Source: a virus
Lineage: Duplodnaviria > Caudoviricetes
IMG/VR virus record: IMGVR_UViG_3300001765_000076
Span: 14,122 to 78,121 of that record
Reading direction: 5' to 3' (one strand)
DNA: 64,000 nucleotides
Of the stretch, positions 1 through 7,875 are shown in pieces; position 1 is the stretch's first letter; the number at the start of each line of letters is the position of its first letter. Both the position numbers and the translations under genes were made by a program. The notes under the pieces are model-generated. The model worked only from the letters and a program-made list of their open reading frames with translations. It was not told the origin of the DNA and ran no database searches.

Positions 1-886
1 TATCTTTTATCTCATTGAAAACACTGTTAAGTCTATCCTCAAGAGCCCCTCTAAATGTAGTACCAGCTATTATACTGGTCATATTCAAAGATAAAATAAC
101 TTTACCATTTAGGAACATAGCGTCATTGTTTTCAATTTTGTTAGCTAATCCGCTGATTATCTGTGATTTACCTGTACCAGCATTACCAACTAATATCAAA
201 TTATTCTTATTCCTTCTACCAAGAACTTTAATTAATCTTTTTACCTCTACCTCTCTACCAATTAGTTCATCTATCTTACCCTGTTGAGCCAAAGTGTTTA
301 AATTCACACAATACGTCTCAACCATAGTTTTCTTAGACTTATTGTTTTTCAATTGACCAATAACCGAACCACCAAATGACTCAGCTCTTTTATCTTTTGA
401 ATCTATTGACTTTAAATCTTCTACCCTTAGTTTGTTGATTTCATTGAAATAGTTATTATAATCAACTCCTATAACCTTAAATCGTTTAATTGGGTCTCTA
501 TCTCCAGCTAAAATAGCCAATAAAATATGTTCACTACCTAGTTTTGGATCAGTTAACTTATCTTTCTCAATACTTGAATCTAATAAATATTTACTTAATT
601 CAACATCAAAACCGATTTCTTTATTAGCTTTCTTAGTTGGTAATGGTTTAACGGTAGAACTAACCTGAGCTAGGAATTTAGCGTAAAAATCATGCAATGA
701 AACAAGTGAACTTTCCTCTACATAACTCAATAATATCTTATATGCGTTTGATTGCTTTGATTGTAATACTGCTAATATAAAATAATCAACTGTAATATTT
801 TTAGTTATTGGATAATCCTCTACTAATTCAGTTTGTGTCAATAACAAAACCCTCTTCAACTCACTTGTATACAACTTTTCTTCCAT
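1..886 (-). CDS. ClpA/B/C-family AAA+ ATPase, N-terminal part (runs off the left edge)
   Basis: Not in the ORF track. Translated by hand from ATG at 886: MEEKLYTSELKRVLL..., GRRNKNNLILVGNAGTGKS (Walker A), IIAGTTFRGALEDRLN (Clp pore-loop region). The frame stays open to position 2. Confidence 0.9.
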   Translation of the reverse strand, partial: MEEKLYTSELKRVLLLTQTELVEDYPITKNITVDYFILAVLQSKQSNAYKILLSYVEESSLVSLHDFYAKFLAQVSSTVKPLPTKKANKEIGFDVELSKYLLDSSIEKDKLTDPKLGSEHILLAILAGDRDPIKRFKVIGVDYNNYFNEINKLRVEDLKSIDSKDKRAESFGGSVIGQLKNNKSKKTMVETYCVNLNTLAQQGKIDELIGREVEVKRLIKVLGRRNKNNLILVGNAGTGKSQIISGLANKIENNDAMFLNGKVILSLNMTSIIAGTTFRGALEDRLNSVFNEIKD

Positions 887-922
887 TTAATTTAATTCAA
901 TGTTTATAATCTAATTTCACCT

Positions 923-954
923 CAAATGTACGAAAAATAATTGAGAAAACCAAA
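923..954 (-). promoter_or_regulatory. Bacteroidota sigmaA-type promoter (TTTG-N20-TACATTTG) upstream of the Clp ATPase
   Basis: Minus strand reads TTTGGTTTTCTCAATTATTTTTCGTACATTTG, matching the -33 TTTG / -7 TAnnTTTG consensus. Confidence 0.85.
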
Positions 955-968
955 TAACTTGTGAATAA

Positions 969-1003
969 AAAATCCAGAAACATTAAAAACATCTCTGGAT
1001 TTT
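969..1003 (-). terminator. Intrinsic terminator
   Basis: AAAATCCAGA/TCTGGATTTT inverted repeat with a U-tract on the minus strand, downstream of 1064..1465. Confidence 0.6.
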
Positions 1004-1063
1004 CTTGGTTTCAAACTATTAATCGACAACTACCACCAAAAACGGTAATGCTGATTTCACGCT

Positions 1064-1465
1064 TTAAACAAATAAAACGGACTCATCATAAATTAATTGA
1101 CACCCATCACATAAAATAGCATTACCCAGTTTAAAAATACCCTTACTAGTAATAAGACTTACATTACCTAACTCAGTTACTGGTAGTAAGTCTGTAAATG
1201 TAATATCATCATATAAAATTGGTAACCATAGGTAATCACCACTTACGTAGTCATCATCTCCATCACCAGTAAATCCTGGGTCAGCTTCATCTTCGTTACT
1301 AATTTCAGCAATTTCTGGTAGGGTTTGGTGCGTTAAATAAATTGGGTTGTCATCATCTTCTCTGATAATGGTTGATTGATAAATTGTGTGAGATGTTGAT
1401 AGTAAATTTAATTTACTCAATTTTTCTAATCTCTCTTCTGTAAATACTTTTTCTAATGTTATCAT
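1064..1465 (-). CDS. Hypothetical protein
   Basis: 133-aa acidic ORF with A-rich leader. Confidence 0.7.
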   Translation of the reverse strand: MITLEKVFTEERLEKLSKLNLLSTSHTIYQSTIIREDDDNPIYLTHQTLPEIAEISNEDEADPGFTGDGDDDYVSGDYLWLPILYDDITFTDLLPVTELGNVSLITSKGIFKLGNAILCDGCQLIYDESVLFV

Positions 1466-1506
1466 GTTTTTCTTGTTTTTTTATTTTTAATTATTTTGAT
1501 TTTATT

Positions 1507-1911
1507 TTATGATAATAATTTTGCTGAACTAAATTTTAAAGATTTATCTTCTTTGGATATTAAAACTGAATTTAACCCAAAGATATTATCTACGGTGATG
1601 AAATAGGCCTTGTCTAGTTCTTCTGATATAATAGTGGGATTTAAAACTTCAATATCTTTCCAATGAGACTCCCCATTTGGTTCGTAACCCTTTGTCTCCG
1701 ATGTTACCTGAAATTCCTCGATTTCTAATTCTAATGTTGGATTGTCTAAATGTTGAATAATTCTACAAGCCTTGTCTTTTACATCTACATTATTTAAAAT
1801 AATCGATGTTTTGATTGTACTGTAGTGACTGTTACACGCTTCTAGTAAATCCATGATTGCCTTGATAGGCCTTTCTGAGCCGATGGCTTCCTTTAATTTC
1901 TTTTCTGTCAT
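1507..1911 (-). CDS. Hypothetical protein (likely start MTEKKL at 1911)
   Basis: The track ORF extends to 1959, but the ATG at 1911 follows a poly-A leader and the stop of the upstream frame. Confidence 0.65.
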   Translation of the reverse strand: MTEKKLKEAIGSERPIKAIMDLLEACNSHYSTIKTSIILNNVDVKDKACRIIQHLDNPTLELEIEEFQVTSETKGYEPNGESHWKDIEVLNPTIISEELDKAYFITVDNIFGLNSVLISKEDKSLKFSSAKLLS

Positions 1912-1924
1912 TTTTTTTTTATTT

Positions 1925-2203
1925 TTATTTAATTGTTGTTTCATTTTTGTAATCTCCACCAGTAGTACGTCTAATGATTGTTTCTAATATGTTTTTATCG
2001 TAGTATGTGGTTCCAGCAAAATAATCATCTTTCTCTGTCCAATCACTCCAACTAAAAAATTTTTTAGGAATTTTAAAATCCCATAGAACTGTTAGTAATT
2101 CTAGTGCTATGAACGGGATTACTTCTACTAAAGTAAATGTTGAAACTAAGATAAACCAAAATGGGTAGAGTGCATATTTCCTATATTTTCTTTCTAATTT
2201 ATC
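1925..2203 (-). pseudogene. Membrane-protein reading frame lacking a start codon
   Basis: 92 open codons (..RKYALYPFWFILVSTFTLVEVIPFIALELLTVLW..) directly below a promoter, with no in-frame ATG/GTG/TTG near the 5' end. Confidence 0.45.
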
Positions 2204-2204
2204 T

Positions 2205-2236
2205 CAAATGTACGAAAAACTTTTGAATAAACCAAA
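2205..2236 (-). promoter_or_regulatory. Bacteroidota sigmaA-type promoter
   Basis: TTTG-N20-TACATTTG, same repeat family as 923..954. Confidence 0.85.
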
Positions 2237-2335
2237 ATGTTAGAGGTTAAATGATGTTAAAATTTTATAACTCATGTGTTTAGGTGGGTTTATGAAAAAT
2301 AAATGTTGGGAAATGGTGAAAAAAATATATTAGAC

Positions 2336-2345
2336 TATATTTATA
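2336..2345 (+). promoter_or_regulatory. Candidate late promoter TATATTTATA
   Basis: Motif about 25 nt upstream of the RHH ORF; recurs in the same orientation before ten genes. Confidence 0.5.
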
Positions 2346-2369
2346 TAGAAATAATAAAAACTAATAAGT

Positions 2370-2534
2370 ATGAAAAAAGAAGGATTAAAAGGATTTCTAT
2401 TGCAATTAGATGAAGATGTTTATAATGAATATCGTGAATTGTGTAAAATAAATGGTATGAACATGAGTCAGAGACTTAGAAATATGGTAGAGAGAGAAAT
2501 AAAAGCATTGAAAAAAATGGTGGAGGATTTATAA
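2370..2534 (+). CDS. Ribbon-helix-helix (CopG/Arc-like) DNA-binding protein, 54 aa
   Basis: Below the track cutoff. MKKEGLKGFLLQLDEDVYNEYRELCKINGMNMSQRLRNMVEREI.. shows a strand-helix-G-helix pattern; its stop lies 1 nt before the next ATG. Confidence 0.7.
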   Translation: MKKEGLKGFLLQLDEDVYNEYRELCKINGMNMSQRLRNMVEREIKALKKMVEDL

Positions 2535-2535
2535 A

Positions 2536-3843
2536 ATGCCTAATGAAAAAATAACCACAGAAGAATTTATTGAGAGAGCTAGATTGGTTCATGGAGATAG
2601 GTATGATTATAGTAAGGTGGTGTTTGTAAATATATCATCTAAGGTTATAATAATATGTTCGGTTCATGGTGAATTTGAACAGTCACCCGATAAACATTTA
2701 AGAAAAAGAGGTTGTCCTAATTGTGCTCACAATAAAAAGAAAACACAGAAAGAGGTCGTTTCTTTATTTGTAGAGAAACATGGTAATTTATACGATTATT
2801 CAAAAGTCGTTTATGTTGGTATTGAAAAATATGTGACTATAATTTGCAAAAAGCATGGAGATGTTTCCATAATACCATCTAACCATATAGCTGGTTCTAT
2901 TTGTCCGAAATGTGCCTTGGAAAAAAGAACTGAAAATAAATTTCACACACCTGAACATGTATTGTCTAAATTTAAAGAATTACATGGGGATAGATATGAT
3001 TATTCTAAGGTTATTTATATTAATAATAAAACTAAAGTTGAAGTTATTTGTAAGGAACATGGTTCATTTATGGTAACACCAGTTTCCCATTTGCAATCTA
3101 AAGGGTGTCCGAGATGTGTGAAACATAAAAATTTTACAGTTGAAATTGTTAAAGAAAGTTTTATTAAAAGGCATGGTCTAAAATATGATTATTCGTTATT
3201 TACCGAATATAAAAGAAATTCAGATAAAATAAAAATAATATGCCCAGTTCATGGCGTGTTTATAACTACTGCATCTTCACATGAGCAGGGAAGTGGGTGT
3301 TCAAAATGTGCTGGTACATATGTTTATTCTCAGGAAGAAATGATTGTACATTTCAATGAGAAGCATGATAATTTTTATGACCATTCACTAATAAACTATG
3401 TGAATATGAAACAAAAAATAAAAATACTATGTCCAATACATGGTACTTTTGAGCAATCACCATCAAACCATTTATTTCAAAATGGTTGTCCTAAATGTAG
3501 AATGTCTACTGGCGAAAAGCAAATTGAAAAATTATTGAAGGTTGAATGTATTGATTTCGTAATGGAAAAGACTTTTGAAGATTGTAGAGATAAAGCTATT
3601 TTACCTTTTGATTTTTATTTACCAAATAATAATATATGTATCGAATATAACGGAATACAACACTATAAACCCATAAAATTTTTCGGTGGCGAACCATCAC
3701 TTATAACACAACAAAGACATGATGAGATAAAATTAAATTATTGTAAAGATAATGATATTAATTTCCTAGTAATAAAATATACTGAAAATGTTGAAGAGAA
3801 ATTAATTGAATTTGGCATTATAAATAAAAAGGAGAGCGTTTAA
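2536..3843 (+). CDS. Putative homing endonuclease: five Zn-binding repeats plus C-terminal Vsr/DUF559-like PD-(D/E)XK nuclease
   Basis: Five copies of H-x3-YD(Y/H)S..I(I/L)CxxHG..H..CxxC; C-terminus FDFYLP..ICIEYNGIQHY..RHDEIK. Confidence 0.8.
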   Translation: MPNEKITTEEFIERARLVHGDRYDYSKVVFVNISSKVIIICSVHGEFEQSPDKHLRKRGCPNCAHNKKKTQKEVVSLFVEKHGNLYDYSKVVYVGIEKYVTIICKKHGDVSIIPSNHIAGSICPKCALEKRTENKFHTPEHVLSKFKELHGDRYDYSKVIYINNKTKVEVICKEHGSFMVTPVSHLQSKGCPRCVKHKNFTVEIVKESFIKRHGLKYDYSLFTEYKRNSDKIKIICPVHGVFITTASSHEQGSGCSKCAGTYVYSQEEMIVHFNEKHDNFYDHSLINYVNMKQKIKILCPIHGTFEQSPSNHLFQNGCPKCRMSTGEKQIEKLLKVECIDFVMEKTFEDCRDKAILPFDFYLPNNNICIEYNGIQHYKPIKFFGGEPSLITQQRHDEIKLNYCKDNDINFLVIKYTENVEEKLIEFGIINKKESV

Positions 3844-3857
3844 GTTCTCTCCTTTTT
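3826..3857. terminator. Bidirectional terminator between convergent genes
   Basis: AAAAAGGAGAG / CTCTCCTTTTT inverted repeat. Confidence 0.8.
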
Positions 3858-3868
3858 TAATTGTTGTT

Positions 3869-5449
3869 TTATTCGATAGTAGTATACTCAATACCATCTT
3901 TTGTATACCAAAATATAATGTGTTGGAATTTCCCTAATTTATTGATTATTCCCATCGAATTCGACCAGGAACTTAAGCCGCGATTGTAATTTAACCGTAA
4001 CCCCGAAAAAGTTCCCACGACGCAGCATCCTGATTTTCTGGCAGTTGTGTGCTGATGGCCTATCACAGCCTTCACACCAAGATTGGAGAAGGCAGCGGTA
4101 GATCCCTTCGCCCCGTTCTGCGAAGCGTGCCCATGTTGTGATAAAAGATACCCATTCACAACTATATTATCATCTTCTGTTAAGCATTTGATTTTTGGGT
4201 AGTGTTTATTTACTACGTATGGAACTACACCATTTTTAGCTTCACCTTTTAACATAGCTAAAGAGTATTCCATATATGGTATTGCGTTCTTAAATGTTGT
4301 TAGGCGCTTCCAATCGCTCGATTTTAGGAAATCATCAATATGGCGTTCATGGTTTGATTTTACTATGTAAGAATTATATGGCTCCACAAATTTAAGCCAT
4401 TCTATCATTTTATCTAGCTCCTCTTGCAGCGAATCATTACCTTCAGTAAATAATTTATGTAAATAGAACGGATCTTTTAAATTATGATATGATATTGAAT
4501 TTGCCGATATGATATCATGCATAAAAATGCTTTTTGGGTATAATTTTTTAAACAAGCCATTAAAGACTAGGTTGCAGATATCTATGTTTGTATCTGGGCA
4601 GTGAACGTCCCCTAATATCGCTGCATCAACACTTTCAACTCTATTTACATTACCATCTTTTACGTGATAAAACATATCAATGAACTGTCCATCTGCCTGT
4701 GCTGCTACTTGCCTAAAAAAGAAAGTATCCTCGTCTTTGATTTCGACCAAAGCAAAACCAGGTGAAAAATGAAAACTAGCTTTCTTACCAGCCTTGCTAT
4801 CTAGGAAATTTTCATTTGTACAACACCCACTTGAAAATATAAATTTATAGTTACTTGAGTCTAAACCAGCAACTTGTTTTAGTTCTATTTTTGGATGTCC
4901 AACAATACTTGAATGTGAACCAGTCATAGACTCTAGTGATGACAATGGATCTGGTGCGGTTGGTTGTATCTTTATATCGGCTAAAACACTTATTTTGTTA
5001 TTTAAATTGTGTCTATTTAGTGTTAGATGAGGAACTAGCTCTGGATTCCACCAGTCATCTTTCTTATTTGATGTAATAGATGTTGGGTTGTGGTATCTAA
5101 ATGGGATAACCAAAATTTCAGCATCTAGTTTCTTTGCATACGCTTGCATGTTAACCCATAGCTTATGATTTATTGTTGTAGCGTTTTGAGCACTTGTAAT
5201 TAAATAATATTTTTTTGTTTTATTATGTACTTTTTGTTTTGCTACCTCAATTTGTTCTGGTACGACATCTACCTTATCCTTTATACCTAACTTTACCAAC
5301 CATTTCCTCATGGAACGTTCTGAAACTGAGCGACTTACCAAATCTAGCATCATATCTATTCGTTTGTCCCACCCAATTTCTTTTTTATAGTATGTTTCTT
5401 TAATTTTAGAAACAAGCTCACTATCCTTTTCTAACTCTTTAAATTTCAT
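3869..5449 (-). CDS. Calcineurin-like metallophosphoesterase-domain protein
   Basis: Motifs GDVH, MHDI, SNHE, QHGH and GHQH in the expected order in the C-terminal half. Confidence 0.7.
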   Translation of the reverse strand: MKFKELEKDSELVSKIKETYYKKEIGWDKRIDMMLDLVSRSVSERSMRKWLVKLGIKDKVDVVPEQIEVAKQKVHNKTKKYYLITSAQNATTINHKLWVNMQAYAKKLDAEILVIPFRYHNPTSITSNKKDDWWNPELVPHLTLNRHNLNNKISVLADIKIQPTAPDPLSSLESMTGSHSSIVGHPKIELKQVAGLDSSNYKFIFSSGCCTNENFLDSKAGKKASFHFSPGFALVEIKDEDTFFFRQVAAQADGQFIDMFYHVKDGNVNRVESVDAAILGDVHCPDTNIDICNLVFNGLFKKLYPKSIFMHDIISANSISYHNLKDPFYLHKLFTEGNDSLQEELDKMIEWLKFVEPYNSYIVKSNHERHIDDFLKSSDWKRLTTFKNAIPYMEYSLAMLKGEAKNGVVPYVVNKHYPKIKCLTEDDNIVVNGYLLSQHGHASQNGAKGSTAAFSNLGVKAVIGHQHTTARKSGCCVVGTFSGLRLNYNRGLSSWSNSMGIINKLGKFQHIIFWYTKDGIEYTTIE

Positions 5450-5507
5450 TTTTCTTTCTTCTTTTTTAAATTTAATTATTTATTTTTATCTTTACTCATT
5501 TCATATT

Positions 5508-6155
5508 TTATTTCTTCAACAATTCCAATATTTCTTTTTTTATCCTTTTTTTTCTACCTTGAACCTCTTCGAAGGTGGTCAACTTGGCTCTTTCGGCTGT
5601 TTGTTCGGCTACTATTTTTTTACATAATTCCTTGTTTCCAGTACACATTTCCCTATTGTCTTTGAATACTTTGATTCTTTCATATGTACATGGTAGTTGT
5701 TCGTAGTCATATACAAATAGTTCGATTTTATCCGAATTTTTCTCCATTATCTCTAAAATCCTTTCTTTTGAGCCATTTCCATCTCTTTTATCTCCACCCA
5801 TTACAGTAGTTGCTACTTTTAGTCCCTGAAACTGATTGTTAGCCGTTTTAAGACACTTTTCTAGTGCTTCGTAATCTAGGTAGTCTTTTACTAGATCTGG
5901 CCTAAAATTATACCCATATACAATAAAACACAATGAAAATGCTGGGTTAGTTTCGTTGGTTGTGATTCTTTTGCCTAGTTTGTTTCTATCTGCGTATTTT
6001 GTTGTTAGATTTAAATTATAAGTGTGTGGGTATGTTTTCCTTACTTTTGCTTGAAATCCACCACTCATTTGATGATAGGTATTTACTCCGACTAGTATTA
6101 CATCGTATTTATCAACATCTTTTATTAGATCTATATCTTTAATTATTGTAAGCAT
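5508..6155 (-). CDS. Macrodomain (ADP-ribose binding/hydrolase, TARG1/DarG-like) protein
   Basis: IIKDIDLI..VILVGVN..MSGGFQAKVRKTYP..YEALEKCL..VATTVMGG..GNG fits the macro-fold pattern. Confidence 0.65.
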   Translation of the reverse strand: MLTIIKDIDLIKDVDKYDVILVGVNTYHQMSGGFQAKVRKTYPHTYNLNLTTKYADRNKLGKRITTNETNPAFSLCFIVYGYNFRPDLVKDYLDYEALEKCLKTANNQFQGLKVATTVMGGDKRDGNGSKERILEIMEKNSDKIELFVYDYEQLPCTYERIKVFKDNREMCTGNKELCKKIVAEQTAERAKLTTFEEVQGRKKRIKKEILELLKK

Positions 6156-6326
6156 TTATTTTGATATTTTCAATAAGAATGTGTTAATAGTGTCCTGTTG
6201 ATTCAATATAGTTGTGATTTGTTTTATTTCTTGCTTGTTTTCTTTAATTTGTTCTCTAAAGATATAGTTTTGTATTGCGATTGCACATACTATAGCTAGG
6301 ATTAGTAGAGATTCTTTTGTATCCAT
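6156..6326 (-). CDS. Small membrane-anchored protein, 56 aa
   Basis: MDTKESLLILAIVCAIAIQNYIFREQ..; stop abuts the macrodomain ATG. Confidence 0.6.
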   Translation of the reverse strand: MDTKESLLILAIVCAIAIQNYIFREQIKENKQEIKQITTILNQQDTINTFLLKISK

Positions 6327-6342
6327 TGTTTTGTAATTTTAT

Positions 6343-6375
6343 GATGCGATTGAATATAGTTAACTCAATCGCATC
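6343..6375. other. Intergenic 11-bp hairpin
   Basis: GATGCGATTGA / TCAATCGCATC; no U-tract in the minus (gene) direction. Confidence 0.55.
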
Positions 6376-6386
6376 TTGTTTTTAAT

Positions 6387-6767
6387 TTAAAAAGGTAAAT
6401 CAGAATCACCTTCGTCCACTACATTACTTTTACCACCTGACATTACTGGTCTAGTAGTCGTATTCATCATGTCTGAACTAGCCGTTACACTACCATCTTT
6501 TACTTCTACTTTCCAAACACTTAAACTATTGAAAGTTCTACCATTGTATTCACTTGTTTTAGCGTTATACAATACATCTACATTCATTCCAACTGAAAGT
6601 CCTTCGATTACTTCTGGTTTGTTAAATGCTTCAAAAGCGATTGAATTTGGATACTGATTATCATCTTCAACTACGATAGTTGTTTTTGACCATTCCCCTT
6701 TTGCACTTTTGCCAGTCTGAGGTTCACTGATTTGGGTAATTTTACCCACGAAATTTAAATTTGCCAT
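6387..6767 (-). CDS. DUF3127-family OB-fold ssDNA-binding-like protein
   Basis: GKITQISEPQTGKSAKGEWSK..QYPNSIAFEAF..SEYNGRTFNSLSVWKVE, acidic DSDLPF tail. Confidence 0.8.
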   Translation of the reverse strand: MANLNFVGKITQISEPQTGKSAKGEWSKTTIVVEDDNQYPNSIAFEAFNKPEVIEGLSVGMNVDVLYNAKTSEYNGRTFNSLSVWKVEVKDGSVTASSDMMNTTTRPVMSGGKSNVVDEGDSDLPF

Positions 6768-6920
6768 TTTCTTTTTTTTTGTTTTTTAAATTAGTTATTT
6801 ATTTTTGTTTATTATTTTATTTTTGTTCAATGAATAACTCTGTTCGCGTACAATGAACATCAGTAAAAAGTGAACGGTTGAATTTAATTTGTTATTTTGT
6901 TATTATTTTTGTTTCTCACC

Positions 6921-6929
6921 ATATTTATA
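6921..6929 (+). promoter_or_regulatory. Candidate late promoter ATATTTATA
   Basis: About 22 nt upstream of the ATG at 6952. Confidence 0.5.
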
Positions 6930-6951
6930 GTAAATAAATACTTATAATATT

Positions 6952-7290
6952 ATGGATAATATACTTGCTATGCAGTTACTTGAAGCTAAGATAAACAAAC
7001 TTGTTGAACAAGTTGTAAATGAGGCTAAGAAAAAGGAATCTGATGATACTGTTGAAAATACTAAGGCTTTTACAAAAAAATATGCAGCTATTCAAAAAGC
7101 TCTTGCTGATCCTAGTAAAAATGTAACACAAATTTTTGTTAAAGCTGGTATTATTAAAAGTGCTGGTGATGATGCTGGTAGATCTCTCGCTTTCAAAAAA
7201 CTACACCAAGAAAAAAATCAATCTGGTGATAGTAGTTATAAGTTTGATAGTAAACAAGTTAACCGTTTATACGCAGCTATATACCAATAA
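6952..7290 (+). CDS. Hypothetical protein, putative head-internal protein
   Basis: 112 aa; leader LLEAKINKLVEQVVNE; lies against the local gene orientation. Confidence 0.65.
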   Translation: MDNILAMQLLEAKINKLVEQVVNEAKKKESDDTVENTKAFTKKYAAIQKALADPSKNVTQIFVKAGIIKSAGDDAGRSLAFKKLHQEKNQSGDSSYKFDSKQVNRLYAAIYQ

Positions 7291-7309
7291 AAACTAATTA
7301 ATGATTTTA

Positions 7310-7344
7310 AATTGACCTAGACTAATTTGTTTTCTAGGTCAATT
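7310..7344. terminator. Bidirectional terminator
   Basis: AATTGACCTAGA / TCTAGGTCAATT between convergent genes. Confidence 0.8.
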
Positions 7345-7346
7345 TT

Positions 7347-7703
7347 TTATTTTATAGTTTTTAGTAAATCAAAATCAACTAGTTTTACGATAAATGCTTT
7401 CCCTTCTTCTTTCAACATGAACAACATGGCTGATTTTTCACCATTTTCACTTACTGTTTCTACCTCTATTAGATGTTTTAAATCTTCATATTTTTTTAAT
7501 ACGCTAGATACTCTATATTTAAAACCGTTTACTTCGCTTAGTGATAATTCAAATGCCATATATTCAAAATCTTCAATAGAAAACTTTGTTTTGTGTATTG
7601 CTTCAATTTCTGAAATATAACCAGCATCATCCATATAGTTAAATATGGCGAATTTTAGTGGTTTAAACCCTTTTTCTTTAATTTGTTTAATTAATGTTTT
7701 CAT
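7347..7703 (-). CDS. Hypothetical protein
   Basis: 118-aa ORF. Confidence 0.65.
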   Translation of the reverse strand: MKTLIKQIKEKGFKPLKFAIFNYMDDAGYISEIEAIHKTKFSIEDFEYMAFELSLSEVNGFKYRVSSVLKKYEDLKHLIEVETVSENGEKSAMLFMLKEEGKAFIVKLVDFDLLKTIK

Positions 7704-7740
7704 TTTTTTTATATTATTTGTAATTTATTTCTCTAAATCA

Positions 7741-7750
7741 TATATTTATA
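7741..7750 (+). promoter_or_regulatory. Candidate late promoter TATATTTATA
   Basis: 17 nt upstream of the ATG at 7768. Confidence 0.5.
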
Positions 7751-7767
7751 ATAAAAAATTGTTTATT

Positions 7768-7872
7768 ATGGATAATATACTATTAGAGGGTTGTGGATGC
7801 GGTAAAAACACTACTACAAGTCAACCAAAGCAACAACCACCAGTTAACCCAAACGGAACTGTTAGGATTTAG
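7768..7872 (+). CDS. Small Cys-containing peptide, 34 aa (MDNILLEGCGCGK..)
   Basis: Internal ATG of track ORF 7645..7872, preceded by the motif and an A-rich leader. Confidence 0.5.
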   Translation: MDNILLEGCGCGKNTTTSQPKQQPPVNPNGTVRI

Positions 7873-7875
7873 AAC

